NCBI GenBank assembly: GCA_951406725.2
Contig: OX597821.1
Location: forward strand, 53,134,001 to 53,198,000
Source: Octopus vulgaris
Taxonomy: Eukaryota
Length of the DNA stretch: 64,000 bases
Reading direction: 5' to 3'
This document shows, one piece after another, positions 50,691-64,000 of the stretch. How positions within the stretch are numbered: the first letter of the stretch is position 1; every line of letters starts with the position of its first letter. The notes under the pieces were generated by a model. The model was not told where the DNA came from and did no database searches. It worked only from the letters and a program-made list of their open reading frames with translations. Position numbers and translations under genes: made by a program.

Positions 50691-53219
50691 GGGATAGATC
50701 GTTACTCTGAAGAGTTAAGGGAAGTGTTCCAGCTTCTAATATCTGAGAAGGTAATGTATTTGAAACCCTATTAGTGTGGGTGAGTATGATTATATTTTTG
50801 CGAATGTGCACGTGTGTGAATGTTCTTGTGAGCGCGTTTGTGTGTGTTCGTGTTTTCGCGTGTGTGTATGTGTGTGTATATATATGTTTGTGTATGAATC
50901 CTTTTTACTGAAGCGATATACCAATACTGTACCTACCCATGTCATGTAATAATGAAACCATAAATTTTATGATGTTTAGCAATCTAATCGAACGCATAAA
51001 TAACACGTAGTTCCTGTATTTTTGACTAAATACTCTTCGGTTGAATGAAAGTCAAATATCTATCCTTTCACTCAAATGCATTCACCCAACGCGCAATAAG
51101 CTAAATAGAAGAAATAATATTTTCGTTCTAGATTTTAATTCAAAGGAATGTCAGTAACGCCACTGAGCAATGAAGCAAATTTCATGTTACTTTTACAGTG
51201 ACCAGTTATAGGGCATTTAAGTAAAGTCAAACAGCAAAACTGAAACAAAAATAAAAATTAAATGAAGCTGCTATGAATCGTTTTTACTGCTTTTCTTTTC
51301 GTTATCGTTTACTAATAGCCTTTGTTTTATCTACGTTTCATTTTCATGCTCAATGAAATTTTAGCAAAAAAAATTTGCCATGATAACAGTATTTACAAAT
51401 CTCAAGCGTGTTATAGTGTTTTCTTTAAAGAGTTCACAGTTTCATGCATGGTGAACATAAACCTTTATTTGACATACATTCAATTAATTTGAGATATTGC
51501 TTTTTGTAGAATATTTTTCAGTTATTTTCCTGAAGGATGAACTGTTGAAAAAGTTAGAGATATTTTTACCAAATTGTTTTAAGAAAAGTGAAAAAAAAGT
51601 GATAGATAGAGAGAAATATATATGTGTGGGTGTTGTGTATGAGTGAGTGAGTGTGTGTATTAGAGAGAGAGAGAATGACAGAGAGAGAGAGAGAGAGACT
51701 GTATTTCTTTATAAGAAATGATGTATATGATAAAAGGAGAAATTGAAATAAATCTGCTGTGCTAGTATTTTGATGTTACATGAGATTATTTCAGTTTTAA
51801 GCTTGTGTATTTCATGCTTCAGATTTATATCACCTGCTACTTCTCATGTAATGCACTGTTAAACTATCAATAATTCCTCAAATCAAACGGATGTATTTCG
51901 TTTGCAAAGTTTACGGAACATTTCCGAACGTATCTTTTGCTTGAAAATGCCTGAACAGATATAAAGATAAAAAAGAAAGCAAAGAAACAAGAAACGAAAA
52001 CATACAAAAACAAAACGAACGAACAAGATCACCTAAGGCTGACATATTTATGGTTAACTACAACATGGAATGGCCTTTGAAATACGCACTTGTAGGCAGA
52101 ACATATATTGTTTGAGAAATAATATTTTCAGATGCGAAAGAGTTATTTCCAAGTATCAAATGAGAATTGCAAAAATAATATATATACTCTATATTCTATT
52201 TACTGATAAAATATATGATATCATCGTGTTTATGGTTGTGTAGCGCAATTGATCACGGGCATCTATTGACAATGAATTTGCTTTTATAGGAAGTTTGTGA
52301 CATTAATAACGGAAACATTGATTTATGCAGCACCAAATACCTGTAGGACGGTCAGAAAATATGTTCTTTTGTCTACTGAAACTCTGGCCATCATGTATAT
52401 AGCAGAAAAAATAACATTACTTCGTAGATTTTGGACTTAGTTTCCCTTAATAATTCTCATCCTTTAAATTTACTTATAGAATATAGACTTTTGCAGCACT
52501 ATGTGCGACTCAATCATTAGCATATATTTTTCTATTATTCTATCATGGAAATAGATACTAGCTTTGAAGCTAGATCACTAAGTACTTTTTTGTAGAATCT
52601 ACTCTGTTCGTGGATTCATAGCAGATGTTCAGTCTCAGGAAAACGGTCTGATCATTTGCCTATGTAGTAAACTGATCCTTATAAAGGAGTAATTAACGTA
52701 AGAGCTAATGAGATCAGCGTGATTACTGATGGAATATTACTTAAAATTATCACTTAAGATAACAGGGTTATACCTTCATTTAGTAATTCGTGTTTTGAGA
52801 TTACTACATTATTCAGGTTTTAGCGTAATACCAGTTCTAATCATATCACGAAGACGAACGACAAATATTAAAACAGTTAAAATGCTTGTTTTTACAACAT
52901 TACTCAACTATACAATAAATGTTTGAGGGGCTCTTTAGATATTTCTAAGAGTGGTAATTACGTAGGTATTTGTATATGATATGAAAGTCGTAGAAGGAAA
53001 TAGGTATGAAGTACAAACTCGATATTGCGTATGTTTTCCAAACATCTATTTCAATTTCTTTTATTGAAGTTATCTCCTTTGATTGTTAATTATAGATTTT
53101 AAGCGATACTAGAACCATTTTGTGGATAATCACACTTGGTCGAAAGTTCTCAATCTACAATAATGCATATGTCAGATCTACCAAAGTGTAATTAACCTTG
53201 TAAATATTATGGATGTTTG

Positions 53220-53428
53220 TTTATTGTGGCGAGTTGGCAGAAACGTTAGCACGCCAGGCGAAATGCTAAGCTGTATTTCGTCTGTCTTTACATTCGCCGA
53301 GGTGACTTTGTCTTCCATCCTTACGGAATCGATAAATCAAGTACCATTTGCGTACTGGGGTCAATGTAATCGACTAGCACCACCCCTCATCCAAATAAAT
53401 TCCTGGCCTTGTGCTAAAATTTGAAATC
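53220..53428 (+). mobile_element. SINE family A (single body) with a 17-bp TSD, followed by an older A fragment (53450-53630)
   Basis: TSD AATATTATGGATGTTTG at 53203-53219 and 53429-53445. Confidence 0.85.
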
Positions 53429-54745
53429 AATATTATGGATGTTTGCTACCGAAGCAGAAAATATGCTTAACGGCATTTCTTCTGCTTTTACATTTTAAGT
53501 TCAATTGCCCCAAAAGTCGTCTTTGCTTTTCATTATTTTGGAATTGAGAAAATATGTACCAGTCTAGCTCTGGGCTCAATATTCATGACAAACCTTCTCC
53601 TCCAAAACAATATGTCTTGTGCCTTTAGTAAAGATAATGCTATGAATGTTTTATCTGTGTTTACGTGAAATGTGTAGATAATTATGTGTAGATATGTGCT
53701 TATATAAAATTTAATATTGTTGGAGCAGGTCACTCGACTGAACCATTAACAATTTATCCTATTCCTTTAGCATTTGCAATAGTAATTTTCCTACCCTGTT
53801 CATACATGTTAGTAGATTATTTTGGATAAGTTGGTAAATGGAATTCTTCTGATTTATTTCTTCATATTATCTTTTCTATTGTGCACTTCAAACCGATTTC
53901 ACCGGTACAATATAGGCACTAATATTTACATCATGTGTTGAAATTAGGTGATTATTTCTCTGTACGAACTTTACCAGCTTAACGTTGAGTTCATAGCATA
54001 AAAAATTGGTGAAGGAAGGAATACTTTGTTTTATCATTCATTTTCTCCTTCCTACTTTTCAAACAGTCTATTTTCAATGAATACAGCAAGCCTTTGTACG
54101 AGGAAGAATTCGTGCAATAAACTTATATTCTTCTCGGTCTCTTCTTATTTCACTCAATAAATAATTATTGAACACTGTTACATCATTCCATCACAATAAT
54201 CGAGGGATTTATATTTTCTGGGGAAAAATATAGAAAATAATTCCTTTATACATTCGTTTTTTGTAAAACTACTACGAAAAAGAATAATGGTATATTAAAA
54301 ACTTTGCTTCGTAATAAAGGGATTCACGGTTCAATCTTACTGCCCAGCTCGAAGGGCAAGTGTACTTTACCTTAACTTCGAGCGATATCTGGAATTCAGT
54401 TCCGAAATACATTAATGGCAGTATTTAATAAATATAGTATCTTAAAAAAATATTAACTTTCACTAATGAAAATATTTAAATAAAGCGAATATTCAATAAG
54501 TAATTGTGATTGCATTCTGAAATATCTCTTCGATATCTTTTCATAATTCAGTCTGATGACAGTAAATCGATAGGAAATATTACTGTCTGTAATACCCAAT
54601 TGATTAATGCTAAATATCGCATATGACATTAAAACTATCCCACCAATATTCCACTGAAATTTACAAGAAATTGTATTATCACAGTATTTACTGTAAAACT
54701 ACGAACTCTCAATCGGTCTGTTTATCATTTAGGGCTATGTTCTAA

Positions 54746-54838
<93 letters not shown>

Positions 54839-54944
54839 GTCATATTTCTTGGCGTCTTCATATTTGTCATTTAGCAGTTTATTTTACCCACAGTCAGCAT
54901 CGTGAAGAAAGTAACTGGAAAAGAAAGTGCGCGCGGATATGTCT

Positions 54945-55160
54945 TCTATCTTTTACTCGTCTCAGTTACAAAACTGGGACCATACAGGGACACTACATCG
55001 AAAAATTTAAGTCAAATGACAGGACCCCAGTTACTTGTTTAACTTTTATTTACTTCTTATCTAAAGCATACTGGTTTCTCAATTTGTTTACTTTTGACGA
55101 ACAGGTATGGGGGTGTAAGCACAGTGACACAGGTTTTCAAGCGGTGGTGGGTACATGCAG
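54945..55160 (-). mobile_element. SINE family B, old 3' half
   Basis: TCTTTTACTCGTCTCAGT..GACCAT..GGACCCCAGT..GGGGTGTAAGCACA..CAAGCGGTGGTGGG. Confidence 0.6.
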
Positions 55161-55200
55161 ATACACATACGTGTATGTACATATATATATATACATACAC

Positions 55201-55259
<59 letters not shown>

Positions 55260-55472
55260 CACATATATATATATATACATCTATATATACACATATATAT
55301 ACATATATATATATACACATATATATACACATATATATATATACATATATATATAAACACACATATATATATATATATACACATATATATACATATATAT
55401 ATACGCACATATTTATATATACACTTATATACATATATATATATATCCATATATATATATACATATATATAC

Positions 55473-55558
<86 letters not shown>

Positions 55559-56106
55559 AGATAGATGGAAGTGTGTTTGTATTGTCACCTCTATTTACTG
55601 GACTAATTAAGTCATGTGCAATCGATAATAACGAGAGTTTGCAAGATCGATTGAAGCGTCTAGCGTCCTTTGTGCATTCCTCTCTCTCACACTCACTCCC
55701 TCTCTCTCTCTTTCTCACACACACACACACTGGATAGCTTCCGCACAAGTTATTCTCTTTTATACCTATAAGACATTTTTCATTCTCGTTGCCAAGTATT
55801 ATAGTTATATTTCTAATTTTCTCAATTTTTATCACATTAATATTGTTGAATACCTTGCTTTGGTGTTATACTTTGTGTTCCCCCTCTCCTGTATTGCTCT
55901 ACGTAAATGCAGTCTTTATAATCTACGTCTCCTTCTCTCTCAGTCTCTTTCTCTACTTTAAAACTGTATTCTAACCATATTTTCTTAAATTACAAAAATT
56001 AGTATTTCTTTTTATATGTAGAACTTTTAACAACTACTTTAAATATGAATCCTTTCTTCAAAATTAGTGTTGTTTAGACCGAGGGTTTGTAGAAGTACGT
56101 ATGGGT

Positions 56107-56144
<38 letters not shown>

Positions 56145-56481
56145 ACACACACACACACACACACATACACACATATATATATATACAGAGAGCGCGAGGG
56201 AGAGAGAGAGAGCAGGGTGAGAGAGATATGTATACACACACATATATATGCATGTATATACATATGATAATAAAAGGATATTTGCTTCTCCTTTTGTTGC
56301 GATCTAAGGGGAGAATCAACTTTCTCTTTTCACTTATTTGTCCAGATCTCCTGACACACAAACACACACATATATATATGTATATAGGCTTATATGTGTA
56401 CGCCCCTTGCTCACATGAATGCATATGTCAGTTTGCGTGAACGCACGTTATGCCGATGCATGTCAACAAAGTATCTATATA

Positions 56482-56707
56482 TGTTTCTTTACTGCCCACA
56501 ATGGGGTAAACACAGAGAGGACAAACAAAGACAGACAAACGGATTAAGTCGATTATATCAACCCCAGTGCGTAACTGGTACTTTATTTATCGACCCCGAA
56601 AGGATGAAAGGCAAAGTCGACCTTGGCGGAATTTGAACTCAGAAACGTAACGGCAGACGAAATATCACTAAGCATTTTGCCAGCGAACTAACGTTTCTGC
56701 CAGCTCG
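56482..56707 (-). mobile_element. SINE family A with a 9-bp TSD
   Basis: Reverse complement of the 4323-type element; ATCTATATA at 56473 and 56708. Confidence 0.9.
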
Positions 56708-59700
56708 ATCTATATAACGCGGAGAAATTTGAAGGAAACGTTGCTATGCTAACGAGTTCTCTTTTACTCTCTATCGTTCCTACTGCTGAAAAACAGCGAA
56801 CTAGTGTTCGTTCCATTAAAACCTTTAACACCCACACTTTCCTTCATCAGTTGTAACATAAAACAAATTAAACATTCAAGAAACGCTTTTTCAACTAACC
56901 TTACTTCTTAATACCACTCGAATTTAGAAGCAAGCAGAATTTAAATATAGGCATATTTTTAATCTGTAAAGATTTTATTTTAATATTAGTAGTAGATGTT
57001 TATAACATTCCTTCCAGCAATTGTAACACTAGAAAATATTTCCATCGTGGTTATAAATACCATGTTTATATTCCTGTAATTGCATGTCACCAATCTTTAA
57101 GGAGCCACAGAAATATTCATGAAGTAGTGAAAATACGATTTAAGGATTATGAAAGATGGCCCGGAATTTGCATTGAAAGTTGAAACAATTTCTCAATAGA
57201 TTAATTCCATCAAACTACAAAGCTTACTGCACAGACATGCAGTGGCTTTGAAAGTTTCCTCTACTGTGCAAATTTAAATAATGTTAATTTTTAAGCGGGC
57301 ATTATCTTGGGATGTAGTTAATCCAGACAGATGAGCGCAATAATATAATGATCGTCTAGATACAAAGGAATAATACTCTATTTAATGATGTTAAACTTTA
57401 AAAGGTGGATTAATAGAAAAGAATTAAAATACTACGTGCAACTCTATAGCTACGAGTGGGGAAAATGTGAAGATGTCGACTGTTGGTTGCACATTATTTG
57501 AAAACGCAATGGAGCAGTAAATAAGAATTTCACAACAGACAGTCCACTCTGGCAACTAACATCTTTCATCCTGTCTGCTACATAGCAGAAGGAATTAAAA
57601 TGAATATGTGAGGAAAGAACACAAAGGACAGTTAATATAACGATAGACAATACGATTTTAAAACTGTGTGAATCAAAGAGAAAAGTATTTTATCCTATTA
57701 GAAAGATATATGAATTATCTATTGTTGCAATTTAAGATTAAAGAAAACTACAAAAAATACTATAAAAAAGATAAATAATCTCTATGGAGTTATAATGGAA
57801 CAGCAATATGTGAGGTGTGTAAGAGAATAGTACGAAGACAGCTGCCAAAACCGCAAGCAGTTCTTTTATTTTTTCCGTAGAGATATAATATAGTGATAAA
57901 TCTGCTATGTAATACTATTTCGTGACTGCTACTCTTTTGCCAAAATGCTAAATAACTTAAAGATTTAACACATTTATTTATTCACAAATAAACAATATGG
58001 ATGTGTTGCATATAATACGGTTGTATAACTATAAAGATATTTTACGTTGGAACGAGGAACAGACGAGTAAGAATCAATCAATATTTTCTTTTATTCATAA
58101 ATATATTTTTGTGTGTAAAAATATTAGTTTCCAAACATAATGTCAAGATAGATTGACATTATAGCATGCATTACAAGATTTATTAAAATATAATTTTATG
58201 TGATATATATATATATATATATTTATATACTGTTTTGGAAATAGTTACATACCAACATGATTCAGCTTTGTAGCCACATTGTCCTCATTTCGATTTACTG
58301 TGCGGCATTTCGGGCAAGTGAATTCTATAATAATTTAGAGTCAACTGTAGATTTATGAGTGAAACTGCGTTGAAGGGAAATGTAAGCAAACCTATTGTAT
58401 ATGATGTGGTACAAGAAATCTGCTGTGAATGGTTTGCGGTTGTCTGGTTTTACATCTCCACCAACTAAACCGTGATATAATTAGGTTCAGAACTCCAGTC
58501 GGAATATAACCCTTCCCTTTCATCGCCAGTTTTGGAGCCTTGGAATGCTGTCATTCCTCCCTCGATTAGGTTTTACTAAACAATGCATCAGTTCATGAGG
58601 TAGGAAAAGTTAATGACAGCATATTTCTAACATGTAATTGCCTTGACATTCAATCTGCGCGTCCTTCCCTAATGCAAAAGGAATTGTACCATTCAATTTA
58701 CCTATGAGTAACAGGAGTTTATTACTCAATATGATATACTTGACGTATGCAATCAACCACTTAGGGTACTTGAGCTTTCTCCCAAAATAGCAGGTGCAAA
58801 TATTCACATTTCATGTTGGCGAGAAACAGTTATAACAGCAAAATGGTCATCTGCAAGGAAGTCGAAAATTCGGTTTTGTTGTCAACCTGACACTCGTTTG
58901 CGACACAGTAATTTTATCAGTTTAAAACATATTAGTTTATATCATGGATCAAAGATATTTGAACGTTATAAAAAAGCAAATATCACCTAATTTGGATCAA
59001 CGTTAATATCATTGTCGTAGGTGCTCTAAGTTTAAATGCTCACACTTTTTGACCAGTCGCTTTCAGTTTTACAAAATCGCATATGTTTTTCTAAATTTTT
59101 CTAATAGACGATACAGAGTTATTTAGAGAATCATTTGGATGCTTTTTGCAGGAGATAGAGCTCTCACAACATTAGATCCCATTTATGCTTTCCCTTTTCA
59201 AAAATTCATTCTTTCTTACGTAGGTACGGATCATCATGCAGTATCATTAACAATCACAAAATTAAATAAATGTGAAGAAATGTTTTCACACACGTGCCTA
59301 TTACATAACTCACCGTTACACCCATACACACGCAAACACACACCACGCCCTAAATAATAGTGTTTCCCGTTATTCGGGAAATTCTAAAAACAGTATTGCT
59401 TCCTGGTAAATTTTGTGGCTGCCATCGTCAATGATCTCCGCTGTATGGAACAAGTGATACGCTCTCCAACCATAGTAACACCTCTTTTCATTATCCTCCA
59501 TCAGATCAAAAGCTGCAGGCGTCAACAACATTTGGACATTTCATTTATCTGAGATCTACATCACAGCAACAGAATAGCATTCACGGCGATGCTACAGTCA
59601 GTCGAGAATTAGGAAATTAGGAAAATGAACGTCCATACTATTTAAATGTAATATGAAAAAGTTATGAAAAGTTTTTAGTCTCCTCTATATATACTTCGAA

Positions 59701-60774
59701 TACGTTATTATCTTTAACAACGATGTTGAATACTGACTGATATAGACGATAACCTATTAAGTACATAATATTGGCATTGGTATGAATGTTAAAAACAGAA
59801 GTATATCTAGGGAAATATTAATAAATTGGATTTTTTTCATACGGATGTGCTTGTGTATTCCAAAATAGCTCTCAAATAACTTCCTTTCATCTGAGGTTTG
59901 TGCGTACCGTCCTTTCTGCTTACGTCGCATAATTACAGGAAAAACATAGAACAGATGAAATATTTCTAGATGATGTCTGGTTTATTGGTTTTAGGACAAC
60001 AGTTTACATCATATCATATGAAAGATATTATTTCATGCCATCCAGAGCTGGAAATTAAATTAATACGATACGCCGAGATTCTCATCACCAAGAATAACAC
60101 AAACAGCACAAGTATATGTTTCAGGCTTTGGGCAAGAGTACACGTCGACATAAACCAATATACATACAAAAGACTTAACATAGGCTACATATTAATGTAA
60201 CATCAGACTATGCTGCGTTTATTTCTATCAAAGAGTAGTCACTCTGTTGGATATCCAGAAAATTATTAGTTTTGTACGAAGGATGACTGAAATGTAAGCA
60301 AGATACACAATACAAGGGATGATAAAGCAATTAGATACAAGGAAAATAGCTTTACATTTGCGACCCAGATCAAATACGTAATTGTTGATATATAATTGAC
60401 TTATATCAAAAGTTATGTTATAATTTTTTTTTTCATCGACATAATAGTTTCGTATGAGAAAACCTTATCTCTCTGTCGAGCTATATCTTGATCTGTACGT
60501 ATATATTTATTTTCTCACATTCTGTATATATATATATATACACACACACATCGTTTTTGTATCTGGTTTGCAAGATTCATTATGTGAACTCGTATGTGGA
60601 AGCAAATTGTGTAGTGACTGGGGAGAGTCATTTTGTCTTAATGCCTTATTATCTAACGTACTAACTGGTTCGATTTCCCTTCCAAGATTTTTGTTGCCTT
60701 TTGGAACCTTATCAATGGCAGAAGACACCTATAGAGGAAGTACGATGCTACAAAAATAAATATGAAGGTTGAAT

Positions 60775-61292
60775 CATTCAACTAAAAATTCAAGGTGGTG
60801 TCCCAGCATGGCCGCAGTCTAATGGTTGAAACAGGTAAAAAATAAAAAGATAAAAGATATCTGTATATACACACATACATATATAAATATGTATACATAT
60901 GTAGATTTATATACAAACATATACAGGAGGGGCTGTGTAGTAAGAAGCTTGCTTCCCAATCACATGCTTCCGGATTCATTCATAGACCGTGGCACCTTGG
61001 GAAAGTGTCTTCTACTATAACTTCGGGCCGACCAAGCCTTGTGAGTGGATTTGATAGATGGAAACATCTATGTGTGTGTGTATCTGTGTTTGTCCACACC
61101 ACCAGTCATCAATTTACAACTGGTGTTGGTGTGTTTACACCCCTGTAATGTCGTGGTTCGGCAGAAGAGACTGAGATAGGCAAAAGGCTTTAAAATAAGT
61201 ACTAGGGTCGATTCATTCGACTACAAATTCAAGGTGAAGTGCCCTAGCATGGCCGCAGTCTAATGACTGAAACAAGTAAAATATAAAAGATA
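60775..61292 (+). mobile_element. SINE family B tail (60775-60860) followed by a full-length family B copy (60925-61292)
   Basis: Repeated tail TTCAAGGTG..GTCCCAGCATGGCCGCAGTCTAATG..TGAAACA.GTAAAA; head AGGAGGGCTGTGTAGTAAGAAGCTTGCTTCCCAATCACATG. Confidence 0.88.
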
Positions 61293-61469
61293 TTTACTAG
61301 TATTTATATATGGTTGAGCGTTTTTCTTTCTCCCTCTATTTATTTCTCTGTTGTCTCCCCTTCTGACTGTTTCCATCACCTACTACTTCCTGTCTCTATA
61401 TATGAGAGCCCCTTGTCCTGCGTTGGAATCAATTGCAGTGAAGAGTTCTAACATAGAAAGTAGCGGGGG

Positions 61470-61471
<2 letters not shown>

Positions 61472-61526
<55 letters not shown>

Positions 61527-61591
61527 GTAGGTAGGTAGGTAGGTAGGTAGGTAGGTAGGTAGGTAGGTAGGTAGGTAGATAGGTAGGTAGG

Positions 61592-61682
<91 letters not shown>
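61472..61682. repeat. Compound (TA)n-(GA)n-(GGTA)n-(GATA)n microsatellite
   Basis: Directly visible. Confidence 0.95.
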
Positions 61683-63056
61683 ATAGGTAATGGATAGATC
61701 GGTAATAGCATGACCCAAACCACCGTCGTTTTCACTCTCACATGTATTGATGTTTTTTCAATATTTTTCTCCCGTTAAACACATTTTATAGAATGAATAT
61801 GGCGAAGCAACACACTCGTGGTCCATTGGTGGAATATAAGCAAGAACAAAAAATCAATTGCAGCGTGGAAGGTGTTTATAAGCCACTTAAAACACACAAA
61901 AACCGTTAGATTCACCTCAACATTTAAATTTTATTTGCCAAAACTTGTATCAAGTTTTCGCTAATTGTTCTATAGTGCTTCTGCAAACGTAAGCTGACAT
62001 AAACGACATAAACGACACTCCCTTGTTTATACCTAACATTCACTATATAACAGATGGATGAACAGGGAGCGGCACCAGCTTTGGACTGGTACGCATACGG
62101 GAAAAGACGTACATTGATCACGTATGCAACGCGCAACCTAATCTACCAATCAAATGCATGATCATGTCTTCGTGAGCTCATTATCATTAGCACTAGGTCT
62201 CTCTCTGCCTCTGTCTGTGTTACTTTCACATGTACACGTGCGCGCCAGCTTGCACGTAAGTACAGATTCACGTAAACACATACATATGTACACACTCACA
62301 TACATATTTGCACACACTTACCAGAACACATTTTCAAGCAGTGTTTCATAATGTTCAATCATAGGTATGAACAGACAAACGTACATTATTTAAGAACCCT
62401 AACCTTGATCACATCTGTAATATAATTTAACTACCTACAGGGAATTGGAGAAACTTTTGTTGATAAAATAACACGTGCTCACAAGCGTCTCACTCAAGTG
62501 GGAGATATCTAATTAGACATTACATATTTCCTGTTGCCGAAGAATCACGAGAATTACAACAAAGCGAAAATTCAATGGGTAATACAGATAGTTAATCGAT
62601 TTACTAGCATATAGTAATTACGTAACAAATGTGTTACAAGATGATTAGTTAATGGTTGTCGAAGTAAACCACGCTGACAACAGAATTTTGTACACAAAAG
62701 AATATAATTGAAAAAAAAAACAAATGAAATTATGAAAATGAAACATTACAAAATTGTTCTTAATTTACAAAAGTTTTGTTGAAATGAATTATCCTCGAAA
62801 AGCAACTTGATTGGCAAATTACTCTAATGTTTTAACAGCCTTCTTATTAACAGTGTTTCAATAAAATACTTCAGTTTCAATGTTATCTTAGTGTGTTGTG
62901 AAATGGAAAGCAGATAATTCGAGCTGCCTGTAATTTTGCGAATCATACACTTACACCTGTCTGTTTGTCTGTGTCTGTCTGTCTGTCAGTCAGTCTGTCT
63001 GTGTGTGTACGTGTGAGAGAGAAAGTGGGTGATTGTATTTCCTCAAAACATATACA

Positions 63057-63886
63057 GAAATGGATGTCTTTTAAGGTACACACTCATGCAGAAAATGTGA
63101 CGTCGTCATCGTCGTGGTATGAAATGTCGTTTAGGATAGTTGAAATATAGAAATATTATCATGTTAAACTTTTGTAATGCAAATATGTAAATGAAAATGA
63201 ATTCTATCTTTTAGCTGAAAGATTAATGAATCCTTTGATATCCCATACGTCAAAATCAGCAACTAAGTTTTCGAATGTGTTTGTTAATTTCCGTAATTTA
63301 AAAAACATTTCTTTATGCTTTGGAGAGAGCAGAAATTGAAAGAGCGGAGAAAGTGAAAGATCAATTCACGTGTATATGAAATGGACGTGTTGAGTGTGTG
63401 TGTGCGTGCATGTGTGCGTGTGCGTATGTGTGTGAGAGAGAGAGAGAGAAGAAGAAAGAAAGTGAGTGAGTGAAGGTGTGCGCTGTCAGGTGTGTACTTT
63501 TTGCACATATGTGTAAGTCTCTTTCTCTTTCCCTCTCTGTCACACACACACACATCTTACATTTCATATACATAAATACATATGCATACGTCTTTTTTGT
63601 ACATATGTGTGCGTGTGCATGTGCATGAGAGAGTGAGTGACTGTCTTTCGTCATAACATATAGAGAAATGGACATATTTTAAGGTACATACACACAAAGA
63701 AAATGTGTCGTCAACGTCGTTATCGTCCTGGTATAAAATGTTTACGATGGTTGACTTATAGAAAAGATTATAATGGAAAGTTTTTGTAATGCAAATACGT
63801 AAAAGAAAAAGTCAGTTTGGTAGTCGGAGGATTACTGAACATTTTGATAGCCCGTACGTCAAAATCTGCAACTCAGTTTTCGAATG
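63057..63886. repeat. Two diverged direct copies of a ~220-bp non-coding unit (63057-63277 and 63664-63886)
   Basis: Shared blocks AGAAATGGA..TTTTAAGGTACA, AGAAAATGTG, TTTTGTAATGCAAATA.GTAAA and TACGTCAAAATC.GCAACT.AGTTTTCGAATG. Confidence 0.8.
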
Positions 63887-64000
63887 CATGATGAAGATAC
63901 ACACACACACACACACACACACACATACGAACTCTCTCTATATATATGTAAGACGGGGTGCTATTTATCTATGGAAGAAAAGGAAAGATATATATACGTT

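Noticed and set aside
54553-54588. CTGATGA..GAAA near a GACAGTAA/TTACTGTC hairpin
   Set aside because: Pairing register is incompatible with the hammerhead fold
61845-61945. Possible PLE pLTR fragment (also 11994-12093 and 61310-61470)
   Set aside because: Repeat-like, but no HHR, ORF or second copy in the window to support a call

Overview
Non-coding, AT-rich eukaryotic genomic DNA packed with (TA)n, (CA)n, (TCTA)n and (GA)n microsatellites. The SINE families and microsatellite density strongly suggest a coleoid cephalopod such as Octopus (an inference, not a database match). No intact host protein-coding gene is visible, and most listed ORFs are translations of microsatellites. Recognisable content includes about 25 copies of 4-5 tRNA-derived SINE families and a 5S rRNA pseudogene abutting a SINE. 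There are decayed DNA transposons (mariner, a DD34E Tc1 with IR/DR ends, a DUF4817/rosa-type Tc1-mariner, a Merlin/IS1595-like transposase and a hAT MITE), a CR1-type LINE 3' end, and Penelope-like element (PLE) remnants including a Naiad-type GIY-YIG endonuclease. The most interesting hidden layer is RNA structure. Eight type I hammerhead ribozyme (HHR) motifs in about four sequence families sit in short PLE-derived modules inserted into (TA)n tracts. One (11360-11460) has a fully canonical core, two families share non-canonical cores (U4C, A6U), two HHRs lie in tandem 167 nt apart, and two form the arms of a 510-bp palindrome.
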